DNA of 64,000 nucleotides from Octopus vulgaris. Its lineage: Eukaryota. Below the pieces are notes generated by a model, which did not search any database, was not told the DNA's origin, and saw nothing but the letters and a program-made list of their open reading frames with translations. Location: the NCBI GenBank assembly GCA_951406725.2, contig OX597820.1, positions 67,208,001-67,272,000 on the forward strand, written 5' to 3'. Positions within the stretch are counted from its first letter, which is position 1, and each line of letters begins with the position of its first letter. The position numbers and the translations under genes are program-made. Of the stretch, positions 25,736 through 38,788 are shown in pieces.

Positions 25736-25964
25736 AGGCGGCGAGCTGGCAGTATCGTTCGCACGCAAAATACTTAGCGGTATTTTGTTTGCCCCTATGT
25801 TCTGAGTTCGAGGTCGACTTTGCCTTTCATCCTTTCGGGATCGATAGATTAAGTACCAGTGAAACACTGAGGTCGGTGTAATCGACAAGTCCCCGCCCCA
25901 AAAAATTTCAGGCCTTGTGCCTTTAGAAGAAAAGGATTGTTATTATTATTATTATTATTATTAT

Positions 25965-26020
<56 letters not shown>

Positions 26021-26995
26021 TATTACTATATTATTAGGAGTTGTTAGCATGCCGGGCAAAAGGCTTAACCGTGTTTCATCCGTCTTTACGTTCTAAGTTC
26101 AAATTCCACCGAAATTATTGGTTTTTATGCCAAAACTCGAAACCTATATTATTATCATTATTATTATTATTATTATTATTAATTAATTAATTAATTAATT
26201 AAAGCAACAAGCTGGCAGAATCGTTAGAACGTCGGGAAAAAATGGTTAGCGATATTTCTTCCGACTCATTACGTTCTGAATTCCAGTTTCACCGAAGACA
26301 ACTTTGCTGTTCATCCTTTCAGGGTCGATAAAAATAAAATCTCATCCTTATGCTTATAGCAGAAACATTTATTATTACCATCTAATATCACTGCCATATT
26401 CACTACTACCAGCACCACTATCGCAATTAGTATTACTGAAGCTCAATACATCTATCTTCGTTTACCACAGGAGATTGGTTAAAACAGTGATAAATGAATC
26501 ATCACCATTTACTTTGTAAAAGAAACGAATGGTAGATTTATTGACACCAAATTCGCAACTCACCTTTACGTATTGTCTTGATCATCTCTACTTTTCCTGT
26601 AGAGAATACATTCGTATGTGTCGTTCGTTAGGATTAGTTGTCTTCGTAAATTTTCAGTTCATTGGTCCCATGTCGGTGGACACGAATACGAAAATCCATG
26701 TAAAAGAAAGGCATCCTCGCACCTCGGTGAGGCAAATAAACTCAAACGATGGTCAGTGAATTCTGGGTAGCTAAGCATTGTGAGTGGCCACTGATGCGTA
26801 TTTTTGCTGTACAAGCAAAATCCTCTACTAATCGCCGGCCCGTTCTATCACAGATCAAACCGTGATAAACGTAACATGGTTCACAATTGAGAGTACCATG
26901 TTATCCCGGATCAGTGATGAACGAATCCGTGATAAAAGAATCTACATGTACTATATTGTTCCACCATCTTTCTTTTTCTCTCTCTTTTGAATCAG

Positions 26996-27094
26996 ACAAT
27001 TGGTGATACGGCGTTACATATCGCTTGCCGGAAGAAAAACATTGAAATTTTGCGGTTGTTGGTCGAATCTGGAACTCCTGTGAATATTCAGAAT
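26996..27094 (+). CDS. TRPN1: TRPN1 visible exon 4 (33 aa)
   Basis: aatcAG|TIGDTALHIACRKKNIEILRLLVESGTPVNIQN|GTGAGT; 99 nt. Confidence 0.92.
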
Positions 27095-27589
27095 GTGAGT
27101 TTTTGTCTACTTCAAAAAATAAAAATAATTTTTTTATTGAAATAAGATATATTAAAACAGTATCGTTGTTGTTGCTGTTGCTTAATTTTTTTGTTGTTAT
27201 TGTTGATGTTGCTATCGTCGTCCTTGTTATCGCCTTGTCGTAATTGTTATTGTCGCTGATGTTGATGCAGTCATCGTTGTTGTTGCTATTGTTGATGCTG
27301 TTGTTGCTTGAATTCTTATCCTTATCATGGTACACTATAAGTTTTCGGGGTTTGGGTTTTTTTAGGGGCCAGGTTATTAAACTTCGTTGTCTTGATTTTT
27401 TTCCCCTTTTTAACATCATTGTTATAAAATACCACTAGTAGACCTTAATATTCAGTGTCCGAAATACGTAGTGGTCACCTGTAATAGTTATTGCTTGTCA
27501 AAGGATATTCACTGATGAAGATATACAAATTAGTCAGGTGACATTCTAGGAGAGGCTGTTAATGATATCAGTATATAAATGTGTGTGTA

Positions 27590-27637
<48 letters not shown>

Positions 27638-27639
27638 AA

Positions 27640-27965
27640 GGCGCATGGCTCAGTGGTTAGAACATCGAGCTTACGATCGTGAGGTTGTGAGTTCGGTTCC
27701 GGACCGGGCTGCGTGTTGTGTTCCTGAGCAAGGCACTTAATTTTGCGTTTGTTCTACTCAGCTGTAGAAATGAGTTGCGACATCACCGGTGCCAAGCTGT
27801 ATCGGCCTTTGCCTTTCTCTTGGATAACATCAGTGATGTGGAGAGGATAGGCTGGTATGCATAGGCGACTGCTGGTCTTCCACAAACAACCTTGCCTGGA
27901 CTTGTGGATCGGAGTGGAACTTTCTAGGTGCAATCCCATGGTCATTCATGACAGAAGGAGGTCCT
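27640..27965 (+). mobile_element. tRNA-derived SINE, family C
   Basis: GGCGCATGGCTCAGTGG A box, GAGTTCGGTTCC B box; inverted relative at ~49310-49620. Confidence 0.8.
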
Positions 27966-28013
27966 AAATATATGTATATACTTACATAAAGACAGACAGA
28001 CAGACAGACAGAC

Positions 28014-28098
<85 letters not shown>

Positions 28099-28193
28099 CA
28101 TAGATAGATAGATAGATTGTAAGCAAGTGAATTTTATGAATAATTTTGTTGACAAGTTGAGTTCGAGATTTCGTGAATAAATCGTTGCGTGCA

Positions 28194-28237
<44 letters not shown>

Positions 28238-28500
28238 AAATTGATGTAATAAAAGGACTGGCACGTTCCATTCTCTTTGTTTGTATTTGTAAAATCTCTT
28301 CGGATACTTGTAGATTTTCAGACTTGTTTAATAAAACAAGCAATCGCCGGATTACCGTCTCTCTGACAGCGTGTACACATGGATGAGCTTAATGGATTTA
28401 TAAGATGTATATAAATAAAATAAAATTATACAACTGGCGATGCCCCTGCGTGGCGACAGCCTCAGGGCTGAAAAATATAAAATAATTTATATATATATAT

Positions 28501-28857
28501 AGGTGCAGGAGTGGCTGTGTGGTAAGTAGCTTGCTTACCAACCACATGGTCCCGGGTTCAATCCCACAGCGTCTTCTACCATAGCCTCGGGCCGACCAAA
28601 GCCTTGTGACTGAATTTGGTTGACGGAAACTGAAATAAGACCGTCGTATATATGTATGTGTGTCTGTGTCTGTGTTTGTCCCCCTACCATCGCTTGACAA
28701 CCGATATTGGTATGTTTACGTCCCCGTAAATTAGCGGTTCAGCAAAAAGGACTGATCGTACTAGCCTAACAAAGAATAAGTCCTGGGGTCCATTTATTCG
28801 ACTAAAGGTGGTGCTCCAGTACAGCCGCAGTCAAATGACTGAAAAGAATAAAAGAAT
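28501..28857 (+). mobile_element. SINE family A
   Basis: Match to family A with a small internal deletion. Confidence 0.88.
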
Positions 28858-28876
28858 ATATATGCACATGTATAAG

Positions 28877-28937
<61 letters not shown>

Positions 28938-29530
28938 AATATTAGGGAATAAATCCAAATTTACAGGGAAAAATCAGATTTAGGATTGAATCCAATTTTA
29001 TAGTAAAATATTATATTATATTAAATTAGAGACAAAACCACTATTATATGCAAATCAAACAAATGTGTCTAGCCTCATATATATACATATATATATATAT
29101 GAGGCTAGACACATTTTTTCTCTCTTCGCCTCAAGGCATTTTTCCAATGCGCCAGCTCAAGTTCACCCGTCCTGTCGAAAAGACGCCTGTCTGTGACGTC
29201 CTGTTTTTGTTATTATTATTATCATTATTGTTTTTACGTATTTTCGTATTCTTATTCGTGTTATCATTATTTTTACGTATTTTTGTATTCTTATTCGTTC
29301 CCGTCCTTGTTTTGTATACATTCGAGGCTTTCCTCCAAGGAATCTAATGCGCTTGGCTTAGATTTTCCTTTGGGGCTGGCCAGGTCGGAGCAATCTCAAG
29401 ATTAATCAGCTGAAATTGCGAGGATGATCCGGTTCTTGACTGAAGATTGAAGTCTTCGAATGTCCACTCCGTGTTTTTTGTATCGTCTTCTAAATGTTTT
29501 GCGTTCTTGTCCCAGTTTGTATTTTTTTAC

Positions 29531-29598
<68 letters not shown>

Positions 29599-29902
29599 GT
29601 AAATATAAGAGAGTTACCGTTAAGTGGTTAACTCTAGTGCTAGAAATAGCTCCTTATTCTGGTATAGCCACCGAAGTTGTTTCCACAAAAGAAATAACAT
29701 TACCTTCAACGGAAGGAAAGTGAAATACAACGAAAAGATAGATTAATGTTGAACAATTGTTTCTTTATCAATATAATATGTTAAACTGATGGTATTATTA
29801 AATTAATATCTAATTTTTCACCCTCATTTATGAATTTATATATATATATATATAGAAACACCAGCGAAAATAATTAATTTTATTTTATCGCATTTTGAAT
29901 TT

Positions 29903-29974
<72 letters not shown>

Positions 29975-30044
29975 GCTGTATTTCACTTGAAATCTATATG
30001 TTTTCAAAGGTGAATAGGCATCAACAGCTAGCAAGCCATGCTAC

Positions 30045-30087
30045 TCCAGACTGATGATGAGCAATGACTCTGAAACTAGTCTCTGGA
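30045..30087 (+). ncRNA. Minimal type I hammerhead ribozyme with complete core, intronic and sense to TRPN1
   Basis: TCCAGA CTGATGA tGAG caatga CTCt GAAA CTAG TC TCTGGA; perfect stem I, GUC triplet (cut after 30081), palindromic stem III ACTAGT; U-U at the base of stem II. Confidence 0.88.
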
Positions 30088-30454
30088 TGCTGGCTTTGCT
30101 GGGTGGAAGAGCTTATCTCCCGTCTTTGAAAACAAAGACACAGAAAATGTGTCATGGCTACATAGAAACGGTGTTTCCTGGGGCTAAATAGCAGTAGCAT
30201 TTTTCCCTTTCCTGGTACTGCCCCATTAAGTTGGCAACAAACCATCACTTTATCGTGCTGCTACTCAGACAGATTTATACAGTCCGGAATGTTCGTGCCG
30301 ATTTATAGTAGCTTACCTTTCGATTTATTTTAGAACATGGTTAAGTCCATAAAATAGGATTTGACTACACCTCCATTTAGAGCACAGTTTAAGCTATCTT
30401 TTCGTGGAATAAGGTTTATGTTCCCATAACCTGTGTTAATTCTGTAACCCTTTA

Positions 30455-30760
30455 AAATGGAAGATGTGTTACCCCACCCTCCATATTCACCAGATATTGC
30501 TCCTTCGGATTTCCACTTATTCAGGTCTCTGCAGAATAGTCTTAATGGTAAAACTTTCAATTCCTTGAAAAGATACCTTGATGAATTCTTTGCCATGAAA
30601 CCATCTCAATTTTGGGAAGAGGGTATTTTCAAGTTAAAGGAAAGATGGATGTGCATTGTGCAACAAAATGGCTCATATTTGGTTGATTAAAAATGTATTG
30701 GCAAGTATTTATTGACCCTTTTTCTTTCCTTTAAAAATCGGCACGAACTTTCCGGACAAC

Positions 30761-30766
<6 letters not shown>
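30455..30766 (+). mobile_element. Mariner transposon 3' fragment
   Basis: LPHPPYSPDIAPSDFHLFRSL...RW..IVQQNGSY; terminal ACTTTCCGGACAACCCAA followed by TA. Confidence 0.92.
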
Positions 30767-30811
<45 letters not shown>

Positions 30812-31096
30812 AAAGCAATATTCCATCGTGAGATGCACCTGAATTTGAATTTCGAGGTCTCTGTTCACGGGTAATTAACCATTGGTCACAGGACTTTCTT
30901 GCAGTCTCTCCGTTACCTTCTTCATACACTTTCCTCCGAATAATTAAATCAATAAATACAGTTACATAACCAATACACATGTTTTAAATATACAGTTTCT
31001 CAAATATCCTATGTTCTATTTATTCAATGCTTATTGTAAGCTTACGAATGTTATCTCATCGATTGTATTTTTAAACGATATTTCCTTCAATTTCAG

Positions 31097-31198
31097 AGCA
31101 ATCTTCAGACTGTTCTACACTTAGGGGCACACGATGGAGACGAAGTGGTATTGAAATGCTTACAGCAACTACGTGCTGATCCAAACCTCGGGGACAAG
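31097..31198 (+). CDS. TRPN1: TRPN1 visible exon 5 (34 aa)
   Basis: tttcAG|SNLQTVLHLGAHDGDEVVLKCLQQLRADPNLGDK|GTTTCA; 102 nt. Confidence 0.88.
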
Positions 31199-31362
31199 GT
31201 TTCAGTCAACACCAATCGTTTTCGCTTCTTTTTTTTTAGTCTTTTGTTTTGCTTTTTATTTGTTTATTTTTTCACAAAAATTTTAGTCCTGTCATTTATT
31301 ATACATTATCATCGTATGATATAACTCACATACAAGCTAAAATATACAAATACAAAGTTACA

Positions 31363-31428
<66 letters not shown>

Positions 31429-32392
31429 TTATATATATATCAAAACCTAGAGAAGGGAAAAATAGACGAAAACTGGGCTAAAATATAACGGACAAAAAAG
31501 GGAGACAAAAACACGATACAAGGAACATTTGACTTTCTCATCAGTTGGTAGCCGAGAATTCATAATGGTTTCACGTTATTTAAACCAAGACCACTGTTAT
31601 CTTACGGGAGCGCCAGAGCATAGAGCTACAGGGAAAAGCTGACGAAAGTGTGTGCGAGGACAGGACTAAATAACGTTATACACAATAGAAAATGCCTTAC
31701 GGTTGTATAATAAGCAGAAGGAATAGTTATACGTATACAGGTAGCGCAAAGAAATGGAAAACATCTTTGACAGACAGAATACAAACGTGTTTAGCTGCGT
31801 CGGCAGCAGGCCGAAAAAGAACGATCTGCTTTGACTGGACACCGGTCACGATGTATAAAACCAACTTTCAGGAACAATAGCGGTTATTGACATAGAAGGT
31901 TTTAAGTTTTTTACATATCGAAGTTCGATAAGCTGAAAAAAAGTTATTTTATAGTTCACGGTTAGCGACTGGGGTTGATGTGTTTGAGAATAAAAATCCA
32001 AAGTTAGGAAATGGAGTAGATAACATCCAGGCTATGTAGCAAAGAAATCTAAGAGAAATAACTTACAGTAGCCAGTAGCATGAATTTGGGAACCAGAGAC
32101 AATGTAAGATATACTAAATATCATACAAGGTAATTTGTGATTCATAAAGAGTATCTTCTTTTAAAGAGAATATCAAGAAGCAGACAACAGTAACGACAAG
32201 GGGAGATAATCTCAAAGAGGTAACAATGTGTTGTTCAAATTCGTGCCTCTGGCCACACTAAGTTATTTCTCATATTCGTTGTAATTATCTTCACATTTTA
32301 TTCAGAGTTAGATGCAATTTCTGTTGTTTACTTTTACTTGAAGCGATGTTAGTTTCAAGGAAATGGAGAACTCATCTTATATCGAATATAGT

Positions 32393-32469
<77 letters not shown>

Positions 32470-32522
32470 ATATATTTAAATATGTAAATATATATATATA
32501 TAAGTAAATATATATATATATG

Positions 32523-32599
<77 letters not shown>

Positions 32600-32651
32600 A
32601 TATATATATATATATATATAAATATATATATGTATAAATATACATAAATAT

Positions 32652-32702
<51 letters not shown>

Positions 32703-32707
32703 AATCA

Positions 32708-32884
<177 letters not shown>

Positions 32885-32973
32885 GCTAGAAATAAAAGTT
32901 AAAGACTCTTTAGCCACAAAAGTACATGTCCTATGTACTCACAAGGATGACAACTTTCCTACTGGAAGCGACG

Positions 32974-33026
32974 ACATTAGATTAGTATGCCAATTTCGCA
33001 TGAAAATTAATGATCATCAGTTATGC
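32974..33026 (-). ncRNA. Degenerate type I hammerhead motif
   Basis: Minus strand: gcataa CTGATGA t CAT taattttc ATG c GAAA TTGG cata CTAA TC taatgt; AUC triplet; short stem II. Confidence 0.58.
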
Positions 33027-33510
33027 TTACTCCACTGAGAGTGGTGAAGCTGAAATTTCATTTGTCAGTAATTATAGAATTTACCATAGGAACTAGCGGC
33101 TGATTCCGTAAAGTGGTAATGTGAAAATTATAAAATAATAGAGATGGCTAGACTTAATTCAAAACCAAAAAAGGAAATAATTCACTGTCATTAAAAAATC
33201 ACTATAAACCATATTAGTTTGTAAATTAGAGAACCACCGGGATATTATGAAATTATATTTATTAATTTATTTGATTAATTTCGATATGCCCTGCAATCGT
33301 GTTTCACTCTTTGAATAATACAATCAAGCGTTAATATTATTCGCTTGATGATATCCTAAGGCCGATACACGTCTGCAGTGTGTGACGAAGTAAACTAAGT
33401 GTGTGTGTGTATGTGTTTGTGTGTAAGTGTATGCTTGTGTCTATATGTGTGTTATAGTGATACAGTTTGCGCGAATAATAATGTATCAGTTTAAAAGCAG
33501 TATTATATCA

Positions 33511-33692
33511 CCGTATTTAATGGCATATATGACACGGCTTTTTTTTTTCCACAAAAAATTTCTCCAAAAATTATGGGAGTTAAGCCTCCCATAAGCTTTA
33601 ATGCATTAAAAAAAATTTTTTCCTGAATGTGCGCTGCTGAAATTGGAGTTCATCTTATATTGGCCGTTCATTTTTTATGCCATCAAATACGG
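33511..33692. mobile_element. Tc1/pogo-type MITE
   Basis: TIRs CCGTATTTAATGGCATA / TATGCCATCAAATACGG; ends 45 nt before exon 6. Confidence 0.7.
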
Positions 33693-33736
33693 AGTTGAAG
33701 ATGTTTACGTAATGTCGTGTATTTCTTTGCTTGTAG

Positions 33737-33937
33737 CTGGACAAGACTCCGCTTCACATCGCTGCCGAACGAGACAACACTGAAGCAATGGATATACTCA
33801 TTGAGAAATTCAAAGCCAGCATTGTGCTACGAGCTAAAAACGGTAACACACTCATGCACTTCGCTGCCAATGCTGGTCACCAAAACACCGTTCTGTTCTT
33901 CTTGAAGAAAGGAGTTCCTCTCAACATGCCAAACAAG
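33737..33937 (+). CDS. TRPN1: TRPN1 visible exon 6 (67 aa, two repeats)
   Basis: ttgtAG|LDKTPLHIAAERDNTEAMDILIEKFKASIVLRAKNGNTLMHFAANAGHQNTVLFFLKKGVPLNMPNK|GTAGAT; 201 nt. Confidence 0.93.
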
Positions 33938-34059
33938 GTAGATCATATGATGTATTAATTATCGATCAATTGGTTGGTACAGTAAGGAGGGAATGCAGGT
34001 TGGTTGACTTGTTGGTTTGGTGGTCAGTCGGTTTATTGATTGGTTAGGTTAACAGCTGA

Positions 34060-34064
34060 TTGTT

Positions 34065-34095
<31 letters not shown>

Positions 34096-34630
34096 TTGGC
34101 TGGTTGGTTAATTCGTTCGCTAGACGCAAAGTTAGCCATTTGGCCAGTTGCTCAGTTGGTTTGTTGTTGGTTTGGTTAATCTGTTTGTTTATTGGTGTGT
34201 TTGTGGGTTGATTGTTTGGTTGGTTGCTTAATTGCTTTCTTCGCTGATTGGTTGGTTGGTTGGTTGGTTGGTTGGTTGGTTGGTTGGTTGGTCGATTGGT
34301 TGGTTGGCTGGTTGGCTGGCTGGCTGGCTGGCTGGTTGGTTCGTTGGTTGGATGGTTGGTTGGTTGGTTGGTTGGCTGGCTGGCTGGTTGGTTCATTCGT
34401 TGGATGGTTGGTTGGTTGGTTGGTTGGTTGGTTGGTTGGTTGGCTGGCTGGCTGGCTGGTTGGTTGGTTGGTTGGTTGGTTGGTTGGCTGGTTGGTTGGT
34501 TGGTTGGTTGGTTGGTTGGTTGGTTGGTTGGTTGGTTGGTTGGTTGGCTGGTCGATTGGTTGGTTGGTTGGTTGGTTGGTTGGTTGGTTGGTTGGTTGGT
34601 TGGCTGGCAGGTTGAATGGTTGGATGGATA
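34060..34630. repeat. (TTGG)n/(CTGG)n tetranucleotide satellite
   Basis: Directly visible. Confidence 0.95.
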
Positions 34631-35069
34631 GATGGTTGTTTAAGTGAGATGCTTCGATTGGTTTGTTGTGCAGACATTTGAATAACTGGATGGGTAAGTG
34701 CATGCATGGGTGAGAAAAAGTACTGCGGAGGTGTGTGGTTAGCAAAAAGGATAACATGAGAGGGAATTTGAATCAATCGATGGATGGATGAATAAATGAC
34801 GGGAAGGAGGTTAGTTAAGCTGATTGCTCCGAGGAGAGGGTACTCATTCATTAGCTGGTATGCACATAGTTCATTGGATGAGAGGATAGGATATCTGGTG
34901 TGTGAATGGCATACGTATACATTGCATTCTGACATAGATACAAAACGTACACCCGCCCAACGGATACGATATTGCGTATAAACACACTCCTGCACACATT
35001 AACAAATACACATATTTGACTGCAAAAATACTTGTTTACGCACAAGCACGTATATTTTGATACTTTGAT

Positions 35070-37070
35070 AGGTTTCAGCCAGTAGTGGTCCAGGCTATGT
35101 CTAACTTAATAGAACCACCTGGCGAAGTCATTCAAATCAGGAATCGGACAACACGGCCCACTCAAGTAGAGAGTTATTGTTTACGTAGACATATCCGGAT
35201 GTAGGAGGCTTTTCCGGGATTTCTTGAAGGAATCTGTCCAAAGACTCCTTGGACTTTGTGGGGTCTGTTTCTATTTTAATGTGTTTTGGTGTAATGTTAA
35301 AGAGAGTGGGGACAATTGAGGTGAAATAATTTGCGGTATTGTTGTTGTAAGATGCAAGTGTGATTTATGTTGTTGGCGGATAGCACGGAGTCCAAGTCTT
35401 GGGTGTATCTTAAAGGCGATGCCAATATCATTTGGGAAATTCTGATGGAATATACTCCACATCATGCAGATGATATAGCTCTCATGGCGGCGTTGGAGAG
35501 AATAAAGCTTCAGCTTTTCTAGTCGATCCCAATAGTCAAGGCCTGTCATGGCATCTATCTTTTCTGTAAGGGACTTGTTTCCCTTTTTGAAAACTGGGAC
35601 AACAGACTGGGACAGAGAGTTTTCAGAAATATAACCAGCATCCAGTGAGTTTCTCCACAGATTAGCAAGAGGAGATGCAAGTTGGTGTCGACGCACTTTC
35701 AGGACACAAAGCAGGGAACCTATCAGGGCCTACTGCTGAATTATGTTTAATTTCGTTTATTACCGCTTAGACATCAGGGGCGAAAAACGTTATGTCCGAT
35801 ATAGTATACTGGGGATTAACATCACTCATACAGTCCAGATCGGCCGTATCAATATTGTTGAAAACAGAGCAGTATTGTTCCTGCAGTATCTCACTTATGG
35901 TTTTGGCATTATCTTGGAGATGGTCATTTTCATCAATTAGAGGGCCAACAGTAGAGACAATGACATTGTGTTTTTCGTAAAAGAGAACACTTTGGGGTTT
36001 AGCTTGATTTTCTCAATGGTCCATTTCTCCTCAGATGTTCTTTGGTTATTGATGATGGTTATTGATGATGTATTGTTGGAGGTTATGTTTTTTATTCGAG
36101 CAGTGCGATAGCCGTCGAATATATGAGTGAATGTTAGCAGTATTTTAGTTTGTTAATTTTATTTTGTTTGTTCTTTTTATTTTTCTGATAATCGTTTTTC
36201 TGTTTTGATGAATGTGCACAGGTCTTGGTAGGGTGTGTTTAGCACATATGTTTGTGACAGTGTTTACAAAGATCAGCCAAGATATTTTGATGCTGGAGGA
36301 AGTGTGTGCATGTGTGAAAGTCCTGTCAACATGTGATAGCTCGTGCATGATTGCATTCCAGTCGGCATCATAGAGATCCATAGTATCAAATGGGTTGGGT
36401 TGGAGAGAGGTCACTAGGGTTAGCCTTCGGCTGGTAGAATCTCAGGTTACAGAGAACCATGTCATGGTTTGAAAGAAGGAGTTTTTCCATTGTGATATTA
36501 TGTATAGTGTTAGTGTAGTTACTAAACACTAGGTCTAAAATATTCCGATATCTTGTTGGTGCAAGGATAAGTTAGGACAAGAAAAACTCATTCATAAAGT
36601 CGAGAAGTGACTCTACTGCTTCTTTGTCAGCGGTTGAGGTGGGAGTGCCTGGTTTCAAATTGTTGGTAGACCAATCAACACAGGGTAGATTAAAATCTTC
36701 CATCATAAGTATGTTAGTAGAATGGAACTGTTGTGTAAAGCACTTAATGCTGTTGAGGCATTCTTTAAAGCGCAGTACGAGTGTTTGGGGTGGCCTATAG
36801 AGCCCAACTACTATCAGGTCATTGGCTTTGTTGAGCACAGTGACTGATTCACAGTAGCCGTTGGAGAATGTGATATTTCCATGTGCCGAAAAGGAATCAT
36901 GCAGAAAAATGGCAGTTTCACTCTTCCTTCTGTCGACACGATCCGCACGGACAGTTGTGAAATTCCTCACTTTCACTCCGGCTTCCACAGTGGGAGTTGT
37001 CAATGCGGGTTTCAGTAAGAATGAAGAAAGGGATGTGGTGTGGATAGTTACCAGCCCAATCCTCAATTCT
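35070..37070 (-). mobile_element. Degenerate CR1/L2-group LINE, RT core deleted
   Basis: APE motifs RADR, GLYRPP, MEDFNLPCVDW; VVPVFKKGNKS joined directly to C-terminal GLDYWDRLEKLKLYSLQRR. Confidence 0.85.
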
Positions 37071-37094
37071 CAGTGTATACATGCGGGAAGTTTT

Positions 37095-37174
<80 letters not shown>

Positions 37175-37274
37175 CTATATCCTCATGTATATTTCCGTGC
37201 AAGCAAGGCTGCTGTGGTATGTCTTTTATGTTTTTATTTTTGTTTTTGTTTTTTTTTGTCTTCCTTTCATACAG

Positions 37275-37373
37275 TCAGGAGCAGTAGCCCTTCACGTTGC
37301 TGCAATGAACGGCCATGTGTCTGTGGTGAAGGCACTATTGCAAAAAGGGGCCGCGGTGGATACAGAAACCAAG
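37275..37373 (+). CDS. TRPN1: TRPN1 visible exon 7 (33 aa)
   Basis: atacAG|SGAVALHVAAMNGHVSVVKALLQKGAAVDTETK|GTAAGT; 99 nt. Confidence 0.93.
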
Positions 37374-37939
37374 GTAAGTCATCATCGTCGTCGTCGTCAT
37401 CATCATCATCATCATCATCAAAGCCATCATCGCCACCGCCATCATCATTGTTATCAACAATCCAATAAGTGAGCCTCGATATTTGATAATGTAAAAAGAC
37501 GGGGTCGTCACATTTGGAATGCTTTTGATTATAAGTAAGCTCGATAAAATTCGACCTGGAGTTAAACATCATTAACATCAACAACAACAGCAGCAGCAAC
37601 AATAACAACAACTACAAAACTGCAAAAAGCATTAATGTAATTGGAATTTTCTTCATTTTGTCAATACAATTTTCTCATTATTTGCACACCTTTCATACGC
37701 ATGCACACATTCATACACACATAGATATATAACATACATAAACATAAATACATAAACATACATTCATACATAAATACATACATACATACATACATACATA
37801 CATACATACATACATAAACATACATAGATACATACATACATACATACATACATACATACATACATACATTTACGTATATACATACATAAGACTGTAGAGT
37901 AGTCCAGTTGTATTTCCTATTTTACTATTTATCCCTTGT

Positions 37940-38215
37940 CCGTTTGGTCGTTGGTGTATTCACTGATGACGTCACACCAGATTTCGCTTCTTCTCTCGAT
38001 CGGCTACCGCCCTCTGTAAGTCGGCGTAATTGAAGCCTGTCCCCTTTTTGATATTACAATCCCATCTTTTACTTGGCCTACCCTATTTTCCTCTATCTTC
38101 CACTATGCCCTTCAGGGCTGTTTTTGCTCTGCAGGAGCTTCTTGTGACATGGTCATACCATTTCAGTTTCCTTGTCCTTACAATTGCCAGCAGTTCTTTG
38201 GGTGTTCAAGATGCC
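37940..38215 (-). mobile_element. RTE-clade LINE 3' fragment
   Basis: RKLKWYDHVTRSS..AKTALKGIVE...GRPSKRW..NIK..TG. Confidence 0.8.
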
Positions 38216-38686
38216 TAGGTTATTCTCATTTGGTGAATAGTAAATCATTCATGAAAATTTACTATCTACCAAATTATATTTTACGTCACACTATTTCCCA
38301 CCACACTATCTCCCACTATTTTCCTACCACTCTATTTCCCAACTCCTTATCTTCCCTTACTGAATTTCCCACAACGTTATTTTCCACCACTCTTCGTCCT
38401 ATCACTTCATTTCCCACCACTCTTTCCCATTTCACTATCTCCCACCGCACCGTTTCCCACCACTCGTATTCCCACCACACTACATCTCACCATACCACTA
38501 CCCACTTCACAATTTCCCACAGGATTAATTCCCATCATTCTACTTCTCACCTTGCTACATTCCATTACATTATGCCCGATATACTATTTCCCGCACACAA
38601 TTTCCCACGACGATCTTTCCATTCACCCATTCTCTCCCCACTACATCATTACTCATTACTGTGTTTTTCCTCTCCAACACGCACAG

Positions 38687-38788
38687 GATGGTTACACAGC
38701 CCTGCACTTAGCAGTGAAACACTCGCATCCCGAAGTTGTACAAGTTTTGCTTGGTTTTGGAGCACGGGTTGATGGTAAGGCAGGAAAG
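38687..38788 (+). CDS. TRPN1: TRPN1 visible exon 8 (34 aa)
   Basis: gcacAG|DGYTALHLAVKHSHPEVVQVLLGFGARVDGKAGK|GTGAGC; 102 nt. Confidence 0.92.

Noticed and set aside
27640-27715. tRNA gene (also 48902 and other SINE heads)
   Set aside because: A/B boxes run on into SINE bodies; no complete acceptor stem.
33340-33380. Further hammerhead-like fragments (33344, 19960-20000, 29750-29800, 44370-44440, 31535, 59880)
   Set aside because: Each lacks two or more of intact core, stem II and stem I; not distinguishable from chance by eye.
36861-37472. 203-aa ORF as a standalone gene
   Set aside because: Chance read-through of antisense LINE, (TG)n, TRPN1 exon 7 and (CAT)n.
38775-38780. Strong internal donor GTAAGG in exon 8
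   Set aside because: Would give an 88-nt frameshifting exon; the 38789 donor keeps the frame and the NompC alignment.
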